A DNA stretch of 64,000 nt from Eledone cirrhosa (GCA_964016885.1 OZ024745.1:112716001-112780000); one strand, 5' to 3'. Positions 1-14,288 are shown, numbered from the stretch's first letter. Translations and numbers: made by a program. The notes: generated by a model from the sequence alone, not told the origin.

Positions 1-29
1 GAACTAAGGCATATGCTTGTTGTGTTCTG

Positions 30-390
30 AATTTTGCTTAAAATCCAAACCAATCCAGAGCCTTCTCATTCCTGTTGGGGGAACCCCTCCTTGGTTAACA
101 TCCACCGCTTTCTGTTTGGTTTTGGTCTTGTCAGGGCTGTAGCCACACTCACCACTCTTGGTTAATTGCATATAGGTTAGGCTATTTAACCCACAGTTGG
201 GATGGATGACTGTTGACTCAGGAGGAATTCACCTGCCCTTTTAACAGCTCTTGTTTTTTGTGCTGCTAGGGTTCCACTTTTCCTCCTCACCAAACCAGGG
301 TTTGATGGGGAACTGGTTTAGTCACTGACCACTCAACCATGAAGCAGGTTGTACTAGGTTATATGGTACCAGTAGCAGGCAGAAGCTTAA
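30..390 (+). repeat. Unclassified dispersed repeat (related segments 26175-26310 -, 60100-60260 -, 51295-51460 +)
   Basis: Shared blocks such as atgaagcaggttgt...atggtacc and ggaacccctcc...ctttctgtttggttttgg. Confidence 0.55.
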
Positions 391-975
391 CCTGACTTGT
401 TCAAAATAGTAATGCCTAAATCCCCAAATAGCATGTCTTATAATTAAGACAGGATGACAAGACATTTAGAATTAGTGGCATTGAGGCATTTTATAACTAA
501 TACTGCAACCACTCACTATCACCATCTACATCAAAAAAGTCTAAAGTCTGTCTTGAGCTGAAAGGCTCATCAGGCCGGTGCTTATGCTGCTTTCCATGAT
601 GTTAAGCAACTGAGAGTACAAGACTCTCCACCTGGACAGGGCACCAGGGTTTTAAACCTCCAGCTTTTACTGGTACTCACTTTTAGCTGAGAATGGAGAA
701 TTGTAAAATGAAGTGTTTTGCTCAAGAATACAACACACAACCCATTCCAGAAATCGAACCCACAACATTATGATTGTAATATCAAGACCCTTACCACTAG
801 GCTACGCACTTCCACTTGGTCACTCTTAATTGTACTTTACTACTTATTGATGACATCTACTAACCTGCAACTTCCATTCCTCAGTCTGCATGCAAATGAA
901 AAGATATCTTATATATTTGTCATTTTAAAATAAAAATATTTCCTATTTGCTTGTTTATGTATTAATAATTACTAG

Positions 976-1125
976 GGACATCCTCGATTGGTTGAATCAT
1001 TGTCTAAAGTATATTCTCCAATAATGGGTCATACACTGGATCCATTTAAAGAAATACTAATCACTGTTGGCGGCTATGGTGCTTTATATTGCTGCATAAA
1101 TGGCTTCATGAACCCAGGAGATGAG
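976..1125 (+). CDS. KYAT-like exon (GHPRLVESL...NPGDE)
   Basis: tag| acceptor, |gtaagt donor, 150 nt. Confidence 0.93.
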
Positions 1126-4100
1126 GTAAGTCAGAATCAGTGACAAGTTTTTCTATTTATTTCACTTGATCATCATTTAATCCTTCAGCATTTACATTAC
1201 TTTATATTTACTATTGTATTTTCACGGTAAACACTATTTCACATAATTATCTCACATAATATCGAATCTATGAGATTTTGATACTTATCTATTTTGAGAA
1301 CAATACCTTAACATCAGTATGAGCAGCTGGTTATAGCTGGTTTGAACAAAAAAAGGTGAGAGAATTCTGGCTGGATACAACCAGTTTAAATGCTAAAGGG
1401 TTAAATGTCTCTTAAAAACTGTTATTATTCTAACATAGTGATATTATAGTTGTAAATAACTGAGAGATGGCAGTAAAATAGTAAATAAAGTGAATACATA
1501 GAATCTAAACTGATTGAATGTTGGAGTGATTAAGGAGGAATCAATTGAATCTTATCTGTTTGATATCTTGCGTGTGAGTTGGTCTCAGGTTGTTGACATT
1601 TGCTTGGTTGAAATCAGAGATCAGTTTTCAGAGTCCATCATGATATGGTTGACAAACTTAAGCTGCCTATTGGATATGTAATATTGGCTTATGTAAAAAG
1701 TTAGGCATAACAGAGTTGAGGAAGTAATCAAGCATTGAAGATATTGCCTAATATTTATAGAAGAAGAAAGGCTTGTTCTTGGTATGTGTTGTAAAATGAT
1801 GATGACAGTTAGTGAGAGATATGACAAATGTAGAACAAGAAAGACAGAAAAATGTCATTGGATAAGACCTGAGGTTAAGCTTCATAAATTTGATGATCAT
1901 GCTGGTGCTGGATCAAGAAATATGAAGAGATGATATATGTAGGTTTGTACTTCTCATTCTAACTTAGAAAATTGGATATTAAAACTATGATAATAATGAT
2001 GATAATGATCAAAAATTAAAACTTACCTCATCTTTTTGTATATTAAGACTACATTGTCCAATATGTCCTTTAAGTGAATGTGTAAAGGCCTTACTTGATT
2101 GGCTTGAAATAAATTTGGTTGTTGTTGTTTAGCCATAAATCAGCCCTAATCAGACATACCTATGATAAAAGGTCTTTCAGTTGTGACAATTTTATCTTTT
2201 TGAATCCCAGGAATAACATTGCCATTATATTCTTTATTTAATATACTAAGGTGTGATTTGAGAGAGATTTGGATGCTGTTTCCTGCAGCTTTATTGACCA
2301 TGCAGCTCATTTATTGAACAATAAGACCTACTGACACATATTGCTATCATCTAACATGGAAGAAAATATTGTTAGGCCACCATACAGCTGTCAGACCAGA
2401 GGATAATCCTGTCTAACATAAAACAACTCTCTCTCTCTCTCCTTTATTTTTCTTTTTTTTTTTACACTTTCTATTTTATTACTTCAGAGAGGTGGCTGGT
2501 GTAAGAGATGATGTGTGAGATAGATAGTGAGAGGAAAAATGACAGTGATTCTGTTACATATTTACATATATTTATATATGCTATATTATAATAAGGATTA
2601 GTAAATAGTTGTAATGTGATACATTAATTTGACAAGTAGATTAATGTATATTGTAGTATCTCTCTTGTTTTATATTTAGTATACGTGTTGTTAGTAGGAT
2701 GGATAAATAAACATGTAATTTTTTTGTTGAAAATAATGATTTGGGCATCTCATGACTAATGAGTTTTTTTTTTTGTTTGTTTTTTTTGTTTTTGTGTATC
2801 ACAGGCTATTATCATTGAACCATTTTTTGACTGTTATGAACCTATGGTCAGAGCTACTGGTGGAATACCTGTTTTTGTTCCTTTAAGAACTGTAAGAAAA
2901 TATCTTATTTAAACATGATATATATGTATGTGTGTATATGCAAGTATATGTAAGTTTCGAAAGCAGCAGGATTGAATAAGCACTTCTCTGTTCTTTATAG
3001 TTTAATATTACTCACACATACATGCTGGTTAGTACATGATAAATGTGTCCCTCCAATTCAATCAGAGTTTTTGGTTTTGAAAATGTTTTCCTTCACCCAC
3101 TGCCACAGGAAAAAAAATCACATGCTGTTAAGTCAGGATTTCTTGTTGACCATTCATGTGGACTTCGACAACCCAGCTGTTGTTCTGGAAACTGAACATC
3201 AAGCCATTCACGGACAGTGCATGCAAAACGATGAGAGGCCCTATCTTGCATGAATATGAAATCATTGATGTTGTCTCAAGTGGTCAGAGTTAGCCAAACA
3301 TTTTGCACTTTCAATAGGTTGTATCTTTCCACCCACCTGCGTATATATATATTATATAAATATAGCAATAATAATTATGAAGGCCAAAATCTGAAGAAGG
3401 CTCGATAAGGAATATATAAATATATATAAACTGTAGAGCAAATATTTATTATTAGTACAGATTAAAGTTTAAGCAAAGAATCGTTACTTTCATCTTTCAG
3501 AAGATCCTGTAATAGGGTGAAAACAACAATTTTTTGCTTAAACTTTGATCTGTACTAATAATAAATATATATATATATGTACACATACACACAATCACAC
3601 ACAAACATTTGTATGCACATGCATATATGTAATAGACAGAGACAAATATGTTCAGTATTAACAATACTTTTCTTTAATTTTATCAGAAAAATGAAACATC
3701 TACTGAGATGATGTCAAGTGCAGATTGGATACTAGATGAAAAAGAGTTTGCCAGTAAATTCAATGAGAAGACAAAATTATTGATTTTTAACACACCAAAC
3801 AACCCTGTTGGAAAGGTAAGTTATTTTTCTCTGTCCATATGATTACTTCCAGTAGCAATATTATTACTACTATTATGTCAGAAATAGTAGAGTTCTGTTC
3901 AAAATAAAATAAAACATTTAGTTACATTCCTTATGTTCTGTGTTAAATTTGGTTGAGCTTACATTTAATTCATCATGATGTACAGGGTGCTTAAAAAAAT
4001 TAGATATCATTTGACATGTAAATATTAGTGTTATAGTGTTGAGAAATTTTGAGGAATAAATCTGTTTGATAAGTTCTATGATACCAGAATTATGTTCAAT

Positions 4101-7100
4101 TGTCGTTAATATTATCACAGTAATATCTTAGGTTTAGAAATTAATAATTAAAGACTAAAAAGTTTGTTTATTTTTGAAGTCTGACACAACATGATAATTT
4201 TTATTGGATTTTGGCTACACATTCTGTACTTTTGGTTAGTATTATTCCAAGCTTCATTCCAGCTCTTATCCCACTCTTTGTCTTACAAACTGTCTTCTCT
4301 TTGTACTGAATTTATTAAATTTCAGCTCATTGCACCATAGTACCTTTTCCCATTGATTAATGATCTATCTTTTCTATGTTCTTGATTATTTCCTTTTTGT
4401 AAGATTTCTTTATAGCTACACAACCATGAATGCCTTATTAATGGTGTCACAATAGTCAAAGGATAAATTATGTGAAGATAGCTAGCAGCTAGATTTGCTT
4501 CTATCTCTCAATGATGATAGTTTTAGATATTTAACATCAATTTTTAGCATCTCCCATTTCTTCTGTCACCAATTCCACAGGTATCAGCTTTCTTTTTGAT
4601 AATTTTCTAGATAACATATCTTGATATATCAGATTGTTCATGAACAAAATATGACCAAATACATGTTTGAAATTAAAACCTTAGGCATTTTAAATGCTTT
4701 GAAACTTAAGTACCTGTAAAATTCAAATATGACTTGTTAATTTAAGTTTAAATTATTATTTTTTTAATGTCCTGCTAGGTTTTCAATCAATCTGAGCTGG
4801 AAATGATAGCTGCCTTATGTATAAAGTATGATGTAATCTGTATTTCTGATGAAGTTTATGAATGGCTTACTTATGATGGAAATAAACATATCAAAATTGG
4901 TAAGTCTATCAATGAAATGATAACGATGCTTCTACTAATGGACAGTAGCAGAAGTAGCATAACATTTTCTGCCATCACCACCACCATCATCATCATCATC
5001 AACATCACCACAACCATCATCATCATTATCATCATGATGTCTGTTTTTCCATGCTTGTATGGGTTGGATGGGTCTTTTTCAGCATAGCATCTTTCCACTC
5101 ATCATGTTCCTTTATCATCTCCTCTGTGAGCCTCAGTGATAAACATTGTAATTCCTTTTGTCCCTAATTAAGGTTTCTTTTCATTATTGCAATGTCAATT
5201 TTGCAAAGGAAGAGTATAGTTAACTAGATCGATCATAATATATATCACATACCCACATTATCCTCTTTATAGTGCGGATAAACAGCCGTGATAGGTAAAA
5301 TGGGGATGAATCTAGATACTATAATACATTTTTTTTTTTTTCACGCTCAGAGTTGCTGAAGCATGGAACAAACTGCCTGCGTCAATTGTTAGCTGCCGAG
5401 ACACTGCATCCTTTAAGACACTCATGCTTCCCGAAATACGCCAAAACTACACCTGATGTACCCCTTCCATACACATGCACACATGTGTGTATCATGACTC
5501 GTGCACTGTTCATTTTACTGATGTTTGTGCATTGCCCTATGTACTGTACATGCACTTTTTTGATGAGTTGTGGTGCACCTGGGCACTGTACACAATATTT
5601 CATTATTGTTATCATTATTATATCATGACTCATACATACACTTCATTTTCCTGACATTTGTACATTATTCTATGTACTATACATGCACCTTTGATGAGTT
5701 GTAGTGCACCTGAGCACTGTACACAATAATTTCATTATTATTATTATTATTATTTAATTTGATGCAGTACTATTTCTGCTATTTCAGGGTGGATTGACAG
5801 TATCGGTAGTGTCAGACAACATGCTTTGTGGCATAGAGTTACGGCCATTTAATTCTGAGTTCAAATCCCATTGAGGTTAGGTTTGCCTTTGACCTTTACG
5901 GGGTCGATAAAATAAAGTACCAGTAATGTACTGGAGTCGATTTCTCCGATTCCCCCCCTCCCCCCAAACAAAAAAAATTGTTGGCCTTGAGCCTAAATCA
6001 GACGGGGTCGATAAAATAAAGTACCAGTAATACACTGGGTAATTGCTGGCCTTGTGCCTAACGTAGAAACAATTATTATAAAGGCTATAAGGAAGTGGAT
6101 TGGCAGTATAGGTAGGCATTGGACAACATGCTTTGCGGTATATAGTTATGACCCTTTTCATTCTGAGGTCAAATCGCGCTGAGGTTAGCTTTGCCTTTCG
6201 TCCTTACGGGGTCGATAAAATAAAGCACCAGTAACATATTGGGGTCAATTTAATCGACTTTTCCCTCCCCCAAAATTGTTGGCCTTGTGCCTAAATTAGA
6301 AACCATTATTAATTGAAGAGTTTTTTTCAGTTAGTAACTTACATCTATAGTAATCAGATGCTGAGCAGATTTAGAACAACTTCTTCCTCACCCACATATT
6401 CCTGAGAGGGTCATTGGGACTGAGTCCTAAAACACTCCTTCCAGAAGATCTTGTCAGAAGCAACCATCACCAATCGATCTGGCTGGATTACCATGTGAGA
6501 CCAGCCAAGCAAATGGATGTTATCCAACCATCTTGCTTGGGGGTCTACCCCTGGGTATCCTGCCGTATTAGATCTTAGCACCAAATACAGAATGTAAAAA
6601 TCATTCTTAGCTAATAAAATGAATGGAAGGAAGAGATGATTGGATTGCAATATTTATTGTTGTTGTTGTTTAGCCCCAGGTCAGTTTTGATTAAACAGAC
6701 CTAAGATGAAAAGTATTCTAACTGTAATCATCTTAGCTATTTTTGTTTGTTTGTTTTTTGTATATTTAAGACAATATTGTTCAGTGTCTTTCATGTTTGT
6801 AAGATGGTAGAGTGTGATGTAAAGGAGAGTATGCTATGATTTCTTGGCCAAGGAAAAGTGCAGAGGCTCAAACTACAGAATCATTGGAGTTTCAGACAAA
6901 ATGCTTTGCAGAATATAGTTAGTCCTACATATTCTGAGTTCAAACACTGTCAAGGTCAACATGTAATGAGGTTGATTCAATCTACTATATCCTCCCCTCA
7001 AAACACTGTCAAGGTCAACATCATGTAATGAGGTTGATTCAATCTAATATATCCTCCCCTCAAATTGTGCAAATATTAGAAACCAGTATTTCATTTTGTT

Positions 7101-10100
7101 CCATTTAGGTGGATTTTTTTGTGTTCCATCCTTCTGGGAGTGCAATAGTGCTACCAGAAAGAATATTAGATGGAGCTAATATTAGTGTTACCTGATTACA
7201 GCTTACACCTACTAAAATTGTTTTCCTGTTTAGTCTCAAGAAACTAGTATCATAAGTCTGATAACATTTACTTTTTATTTTTATACATTTTATTTTATTT
7301 AATTAGCCACGATACCTGGAATGTGGGAGAGAACTCTGACCATCGGCAGTGCTGGGAAAACATTTTGTGTAACTGGCTGGAAGACTGGCTGGGTAATTGG
7401 ACCTGATGAACTTCTTGTTCCTGCCACTGTTGTACATCAGAACAGTGTGTATCATGTACCAACCATTACACAAGTAACTAACAATGTTCATTTACTTCAT
7501 TGTTGATGGCAGTAAAAATTTGGTTTCCAAAATGAAAATTACATGAATCATTATCATCAATTAATATCCACTTTCCCTGCTAGCTAGAGTTGGACGGGTC
7601 TACATAGACCAAGTCAGTACTGAAGTCGAGCTACTGAGCTCCCAGACAGACAGGCCAGGAGGTCTGCATCTTGCTTGCATACAGTCTCAGGCTCTACCAA
7701 ATGTAGAGAAGTTGTTTTGTCTTTTGACACAAACCAAAGGGTCTTCTTAACCCCTTGTTTGACAAGATTTCTATGACTGTATGCCCTTCCTAACACCAAC
7801 CACTTTACAGTGTATAGTGGGTGCTAAATTTCTTTTCAATTGTTTTAGCTCCATTTTTCCACACAAAGCAATTGTTTCCACTACTGGATGACCTTAGTAC
7901 TGAAAATTCTTAACCATAAGAATGAAACTATTACTATCATAGCAACTGAAACAGGATTAGTTGTGTTTTGCCATAATTATAATAATAGTTGAAATTGTTA
8001 TTTATTGCTGCTTTTGTATTTAAAAAGGAAAAAAAAAGTGTTTTTGCCGTTTTATATCCTAATTTCAACACATGTATGGATAGGATTGTTTTACAGTTTG
8101 GTAATCTTGCTGGCTGATCAAGGCCCTCAACTACATGCCCTCATAGTGTGCAACAACACTAAACCCATTGCTATGAACCATGTTAGTTAACTGGTTGGAG
8201 ATCTGCCAATTTTATGCTATTTATGACTGGTAGTGACTGTACTGTACTTCTGATATCTTCAAGATAGTTAAGCATGTGATCAAAATCATCACCTTAAGCA
8301 TCTCCTTTCAAATCCCTCATATAAGCTAAGTCCACCTCTCTTCGGCAAGTTAGAGGGATTTTAGTTTATATCCTCACAAATTTGCTTGATATAGGTCTTA
8401 GCTTGTCGTCCTCTGGTAGAACTTCTCTGACAATTTCGTCTTAAGCTCTCCGACAATCCTCTGTGAATCTGACTCTATGCTCTTTGTTGATGTCTGGTAC
8501 TGGATGAAAGTTCCCATACAGTTTCTCATTGGTCAGAGGATCTCCCCAAGTGATATTCAAAGCCACTTTTAGCTTGTGAGTGTAGGCTCCATCTAATCTT
8601 CTTTCCAGTTTTGAGGTAAGGGCCCTTGCTGAGCAGCCATACAATAGAACAGAAGTAATATGTAACAGAGTTTGTTTATTAATTTGAAACTGATTATTCA
8701 CTGCTGCTACTCTTTTTGTCACTTGTGTATTCATTCAGGTGATAAAGAGAGTACTCATTTCTTTGTCACCTGACCAAATGCACAAAAGTAAGAAACTTGA
8801 AGTAGACATGGAATGTATTATCAACTTCAAATGTATTTCCATACAATTACAAAACATTCTGCAACTTTCTATTTTTATATTCTTTAGGAATCAGTGGCAA
8901 TAGCCTTTGAGTGGGAATCACAGCATAAGAACACACAAGAATCCTATTTTCAGTCATTGCCACCTGTAATTACAAAGAAACGTGATGCTCTAGCAAATGT
9001 ATTAGTTGATCTTGGTATGCAACCAACCATTCCAGAAGGAGGATTCTTTATGATGGCTTACATTGGAGCTCTTGGTAGATTATTATCTTTCTTACATTTT
9101 TTTTTCTATGTATTTAAAATTTATTTCTCTATTTTAAATGTATTTTATTTTACCATAAGTTATACAAACTATTCAGTAGCCATTTGTATAGCTTGGTTGT
9201 AAGAGATAATCTCAGCTTAAGACTTTAATATATTGGTTTAATTGATATGATGTTTAACTTTTTCTTCTTCTCCTTCCTCCTCCTGAGAGGGTCAATGGAG
9301 CAGAGTTCTCAAACACTCATTCCAGCAGGTTTTGTCCTAAGCAACCATCTCCAATTCATTTGGATGGATCCCCAAGCAAGACCAGAGATTGTCCTAGTTA
9401 TAGCAGGATCTCCTCATTAAACCTCCTCAGTAAAGTCTATACTAAGTCTTCTCGTCATGTTCATAAGAGTCAGTTACAAGCTTGGCTAGATGTGGTTCTG
9501 CCACAGCTGAACATATTGCTGTCCTTTCTCATTAAACTCTGCCAAGTCCAATGCTGTGCAGGGGTGTTCCAGCAGGGAGCATATCAGAAGGTGCTGCATA
9601 GTCTGTGGTTCGATGCTGCAGTCACACACAACATCCCCATCCTTTAAATATCCCCATTTTGCAAGATTGACTTTTACACGTCCAACACCAGATTGTAGTC
9701 TGTTAAGGCATTTCCACACTGCATAGTTTGTATCTAGTCCAGGGAGCGGTGCCTCGCTTGCCTTCAGCTCCATTGTTGTTACAGATGGGAGATTATATAC
9801 TAAGTGTCTAACAAAAAGATGTAGGGAGATTGTTGAATCCAAGCTAGCTGACAAACAGTGTGGTTTTCATCCCAGATGCAGCACAGCTGACCAAATATTC
9901 ACACTGCAGCAGGTCTTTGAGAAATTGTGGAGTACTGCCAAGAGGTGTATATTTAACAACTGATTTTAAAAATTATTGCTGTACTTTGTGTGGGTCCTTC
10001 TCAGAAAACACACACTGGTTATATTTTACTTCAGTATAATTATCACTTAATTAGATTATTAAGTAATTAATTGATTTGTCAAATACTTTTGTCCTGTAAC

Positions 10101-13100
10101 CTTATCATTGGCGATGCACCCGTTTCGCACTTCCTCCATGCTAGTATGCACTCATTTAACTCTTGCACTGTGTTAGTTTTATTACAAGTACAAAGCAAGA
10201 TGATGTGAAAATTACAAAAGTTAAACATTGCTATATTTCTCCTTTTCATCCAATTGAAAATTGGAATCTAGGATATGCTACTCTTTTTTGGTACCCTTGA
10301 CAATGCACTATAAATTTTAGAAAAACCAAAAATGCTGGCTATCTCTCCTCTATACTTTTGAAATTATTAGTAATAACTGGTAAATTTTCTTTATTCAATT
10401 TGTTCATTATTCAATCATTTCCTTACCCTTGTCCTATCCCTATTTTATTTATCATTAATTCATTTTCAAAATTGCTTCCTAAAAATAAATTGCTTTTTGA
10501 TAAATAAAATATTCATTTATGCTTTTGATTTATTTTTATCAGCTAACAATATTCCTGATGATGGTACTAATGACCCACAAGATTTCAAGTTTGCTCGATG
10601 GTTGATAAAAGAGAAGGTAGAATATTTTTATGTACTATTTTTCTATTTGATATGATTCACTGCCACAATCCAAAGATATGACAAATGGCCACATCAACTA
10701 CTTCCTGTTGTTTACAAAGCCAACTCTGGTCTATGTCAGATATTCGTCTGGCCACAAATATACACATCTATTGAGTTTGTCAAACAAAGGGCTGTGAGAC
10801 TCCTCAGTCATGTCAAGGTCATGATAGCTTCCTTAGTTATGACTTACACAATAAATGCACTCAGTACACTGTAAAGTGGTTGGTGATATGAAGGGCATCC
10901 TGCTATAGCAAGCTTGCCAAGCAAAGGGCTAGGAGGACCCCTGCTGTGTCAAAGCCATGACAAACTCCCTTGTGCATTCAGTTGAATGAGACTGTACATA
11001 AGCGAGGTGCAGATCCCTGGCCAATCTGGGAGATCAGTAGCCCCGCTTCAGTACTGACTTGGTCGATGTCGACCCGTCCAACCCTTGCTAGCAGGGAAAG
11101 CAGATGTTAAAACAATGATGATGATGATGATGATTGAACACTTGTTTGCACCATCCCTCTATATAGCTGTGAAATGTGTTCAATGAAAGTAACTGATTTA
11201 TACAGGCTGGACATTTTTTACCACTTTTGCCTTTACTGAATCCTTCATGTTCGTTTATTACATTTTGTGCCAAACTCATTGCTGCTGGATCTGTTACTGC
11301 CAACAAAGGTGCTTCCATTGGCTTGGTCATCTGTGATGCAGTTTTGTCAGAGTGCTTCAGCCCTTTCTGCAACAGCTGAAAATGTAGACTGATATGACTG
11401 CTGCTTGCATATATATAGTGTCCACCATTGTAATCATAACTGGCTGACAACTTATCTACATTGGTCATTTATGATTTATAGATGGCCTGTTCACCATGCT
11501 GTTAATTTACTGGTAGGAATTGGTTTAAACCATTTCTGGGTGAACACCGACACAAGTAAAATAAGTTTTCCATAAGAGTATGCCAATAATAATTTCATCT
11601 TTGTCATGCTGATGGCACAAGCTTCTTTTTAGATAGGTTACTACTCTTTTAACCTGAGGTGACTTCAAAGACACTGAATATCCTACAACTTGTCTACTCA
11701 GTCATTTTTGGCCTAATTTTCAGATTACCATGTTTAATATAACAAAACTGTTAATTTCCTTGAAATAGTTATAGGGTGAATTATGATAAACTGAAAGTAG
11801 ATCCTCCTCAGATTACTGCTGGTACTAAGTATTTATTATAGCAATTCCAGAGAGGAATATCTTGGAAGTTGGATGATGATCCCTCTAAATCATAAACCAT
11901 CGTTTAACGTCCATCTTCCATGCTAGCATGGGGATATTAGCAATGATAAAGCATTTATGTAAAGAAGCAAATAGGACTGTTAAATACCTACACCTGAACG
12001 TAGATACACCTAGAACGCAAAGTAATCACTGAATGTCCCTATACATAAATAATATATTCGGAAAGCAAAGCCAAATAATAAACAAAACACCCTGAGGATA
12101 AGACCATCAAATGCCAAACTTGTAACTAATATACTCATTAAAACAAAGCCGATTACAAACCAAATGTCTATACTAGATCCACATCATCATCCATATTCCT
12201 TGACTCAAACTTTGTAAACCCAACTACCAACCTGCTCTAAATACCACTATGAGTGAGGCCAAATTTTTCAAACTGCAGCAGTCATATTACATAGTTTCTG
12301 TATTAGAATATACAATAACTATTATTACTAATCTATGTATACCAACTCACTTCCCTTCCCCCTCTAGCATTCACATTACTCTCTATATACTATTATATTT
12401 TCATGGTAAAGGCTTTACCTCACATAATATTGAATCATTGAGATTTTGAAAGTATTTATTTTGAGAACAATACCTTAACATCAGTTTGAGTGACCAAAAG
12501 AAAGACACCATAGTGTTATAAGAAACATATTAACAATGAGTTTAAAGTACTGGATAACTTGACCACATTGTCAGTCATGTCTTTAAATATTTACAGCAGC
12601 TATTATAACCAGTCTGTGAGCAAGTACATGCTTCATTTGCCTCACATAAAAAAACATTCATATTTCTCATTTAAATGGTTAGCAGAAGGCATCCAATTAT
12701 CAAATAAAAAAAAAAAAAAAAAAAAAACTACAAGCTAAAACAAAATATCATTTGGCTACTTTGAAAGAATTGGCACCTATTGCATAGACTCAAATACCCC
12801 CCCCCCCCACACACACACACACTCCCATTTTATGTCTGGAAAATGGACAAACTCTATTTATGAACTGAGGCAGATAATCAACACATTATGTTTAGAAGGT
12901 GTGGTTTTGAAATTTCCATAAGTATAAAATTATGAAGTTTTAAAATGTTTTAAATATTATTTAGAGTACATTTTTCACAACTCCATTACATGAGTTTCCA
13001 TTATGTTAAGTTTCAAGTTTACTTCTGGCCACTCACATGCTAGGAGTACTTTGAAGGCGAAGATGGAATAAGAGAACTTTGTATAGGGATTTATAGAGTG

Positions 13101-13911
13101 AGAGCAATAAAATACAAAATTGAAATAAAAAGTATTATTAAGTCATAAAAAAAAACACGTATGTGTGCATGCATGTATGTGATATTTATGTATTAAAAAG
13201 TTTAAATTATAAATATTTGTTGGAAATATTTAAGGGAATGCATAAATAACACAAATGACGATTCAAATGTAGAAAATAGTATTTCATTGTAAAATAATCA
13301 CTCCAGATATTTTAGTACCTTATTTACATAAAATTTTAAGTTGTTGAAAATCACCAAGATATTGGACATTGAATATAAACAAACCCCTCCCCACCATTTT
13401 ACCATTGATTTTTTTTTTTTTTTTTTTTTTTTTGGGTCACATATTTCTTGTCTTATATTTGAGTATATATGGTAATTCTGATAGCTTTATTTTTGCTACC
13501 ATAACATCATATTGAACCAACATATTCATGAATTTGTTTTGAAGAATCTATTAGGATTAACTAGATAATTATAATTTGTTTTTGGTTTTATATGTATTTT
13601 AGGGTTTTGCAGTAATTCCTCCATCAGCATTTTACAGTTCAAATAACAAACATCTGGGAGAGAAATATATTCGCTTATGTTTCATGAAGGTTAGTATTTA
13701 ACTTGCCATCTTTTCATGCAACTATTATCTGGAAGCTAAGTAGTATATTTCTTTCAATATTTTATTATTGTAAATTCAAAAACCAACCAATTGTTTTTAT
13801 ATTTTACAAATAAGATGTAACCTCTAAATTTTATTTTTTACTTAGGAGGACAAAACATTGGAAGCAGCATTTAAGATACTAAAAGAATGGAAAATGAACC
13901 TGGAGCATTAA
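976..13911 (+). CDS. Kynurenine--oxoglutarate transaminase / cysteine-S-conjugate beta-lyase (KYAT1/KYAT3-like), 5'-partial; join(976..1125,2805..2891,3687..3815,4779..4899,7307..7473,8888..9074,10543..10616,13603..13689,13846..13911)
   Basis: Nine GT-AG exons, phase-consistent, 355 aa plus stop. Class I PLP aminotransferase motifs [40 protein letters not shown] (PLP Lys), GWKTGW and IRLCF. N-terminal exons lie upstream of the window. Confidence 0.95.
1181..1400. mobile_element. piggyBac-type MITE, same family (partial copies at about 12359-12490 and 26340-26481)
   Basis: TTAA flanks, TIR ...TAAATGCTAAAGGG, internal similarity to the 41842 copy. Confidence 0.8.
2805..2891 (+). CDS. KYAT-like exon ([15 protein letters not shown]...PLRT)
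   Basis: poly-T tract plus cag|, |gtaaga. Confidence 0.93.
3375..3568. mobile_element. Fold-back element family (other copies 34368-34510 and 46350-46490)
   Basis: Shared ggctcgataagg...gcaaatatttatt...aaagtttaagcaaagaatcg; terminal inverted duplication; (TA)n flanks. Confidence 0.55.
3687..3815 (+). CDS. KYAT-like exon (...SSADWILD...NTPNNPVGK)
   Basis: cag|, |gtaagt. Confidence 0.93.
4779..4899 (+). CDS. KYAT-like exon (VFNQSELE...SDEVYEWL...KI)
   Basis: tag|, |gtaagt, phase 1 end. Confidence 0.93.
5787..6312 (+). mobile_element. Tandem tRNA-derived SINE copies
   Basis: Same family consensus as 54650. Confidence 0.8.
7307..7473 (+). CDS. KYAT-like exon with the PLP lysine ([21 protein letters not shown])
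   Basis: tag|, |gtaact. Confidence 0.95.
8290..8680 (-). mobile_element. RTE-like LINE fragment
   Basis: SVLLYGC...LDGAYT...LNITW...TNEKLYG. Confidence 0.7.
8888..9074 (+). CDS. KYAT-like exon (ESVAIAFE...KRD...PEGGFFMM)
   Basis: tag|, |gtagat. Confidence 0.92.
9290..9835 (-). mobile_element. Non-LTR retrotransposon 3' fragment with a CCHC-like motif
   Basis: [13 protein letters not shown]...KWG...CDC...QTMQHLLIC. Confidence 0.7.
10543..10616 (+). CDS. KYAT-like exon (...[15 protein letters not shown])
   Basis: cag|, |gtagaa. Confidence 0.9.
13603..13689 (+). CDS. KYAT-like exon ([11 protein letters not shown]...YIRLCFMK)
   Basis: tag|, |gttagt; conserved substrate-binding Arg. Confidence 0.93.
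13846..13911 (+). CDS. KYAT-like last coding exon ([21 protein letters not shown])
   Basis: tag|, TAA at 13909-13911. Confidence 0.9.
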   Translation, partial: EDKTLEAAFKILKEWKMNLEH

Positions 13912-14186
13912 CAAGACTTTTTGCCTAATAATTTTTTTTATAGCAATAACAATCGGATATAAATATTAATCCGGTTTATCATTGCATAAATTAACAAGGA
14001 TCATTCAATTCTTAATATATACAGGTATCTTTTTACCTCATCTCATCACATTCTCCCAACCATGTCAGGTGCAATTTTTTCACTAAAAAAAATAGATTGT
14101 TTTAGGTTTATAAGAGATGGAAAATGAGTGACAAATTACAACTAAGAATTGAAAAAAAAAAAAGACAATATCCAGAAGACTACTCT

Positions 14187-14212
14187 AATAAATATTTTGT
14201 TATACATTTATT
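14187..14212. terminator. Head-to-head poly(A) signals: AATAAA (+, 14187-14192, KYAT) and AATAAA (-, 14207-14212, NELFE)
   Basis: First canonical hexamer seen downstream of each stop codon. Confidence 0.55.
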
Positions 14213-14288
14213 TACAATCAATCTTATGACATTTTCAATTTCTTCCTTCACTGGTGATTCTGCATATATATATAATCTTTTTCTTTTC

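Noticed and set aside
5787-5880. tRNA genes suggested by A/B-box and GTTCAAATCC motifs
   Set aside because: They are heads of multi-copy SINEs and do not form a full cloverleaf.
11088-11468. 126-aa minus-strand ORF in a KYAT intron
   Set aside because: No recognisable motif or splice context, and it runs into a (CAT)n SINE tail; probably a TE relic.
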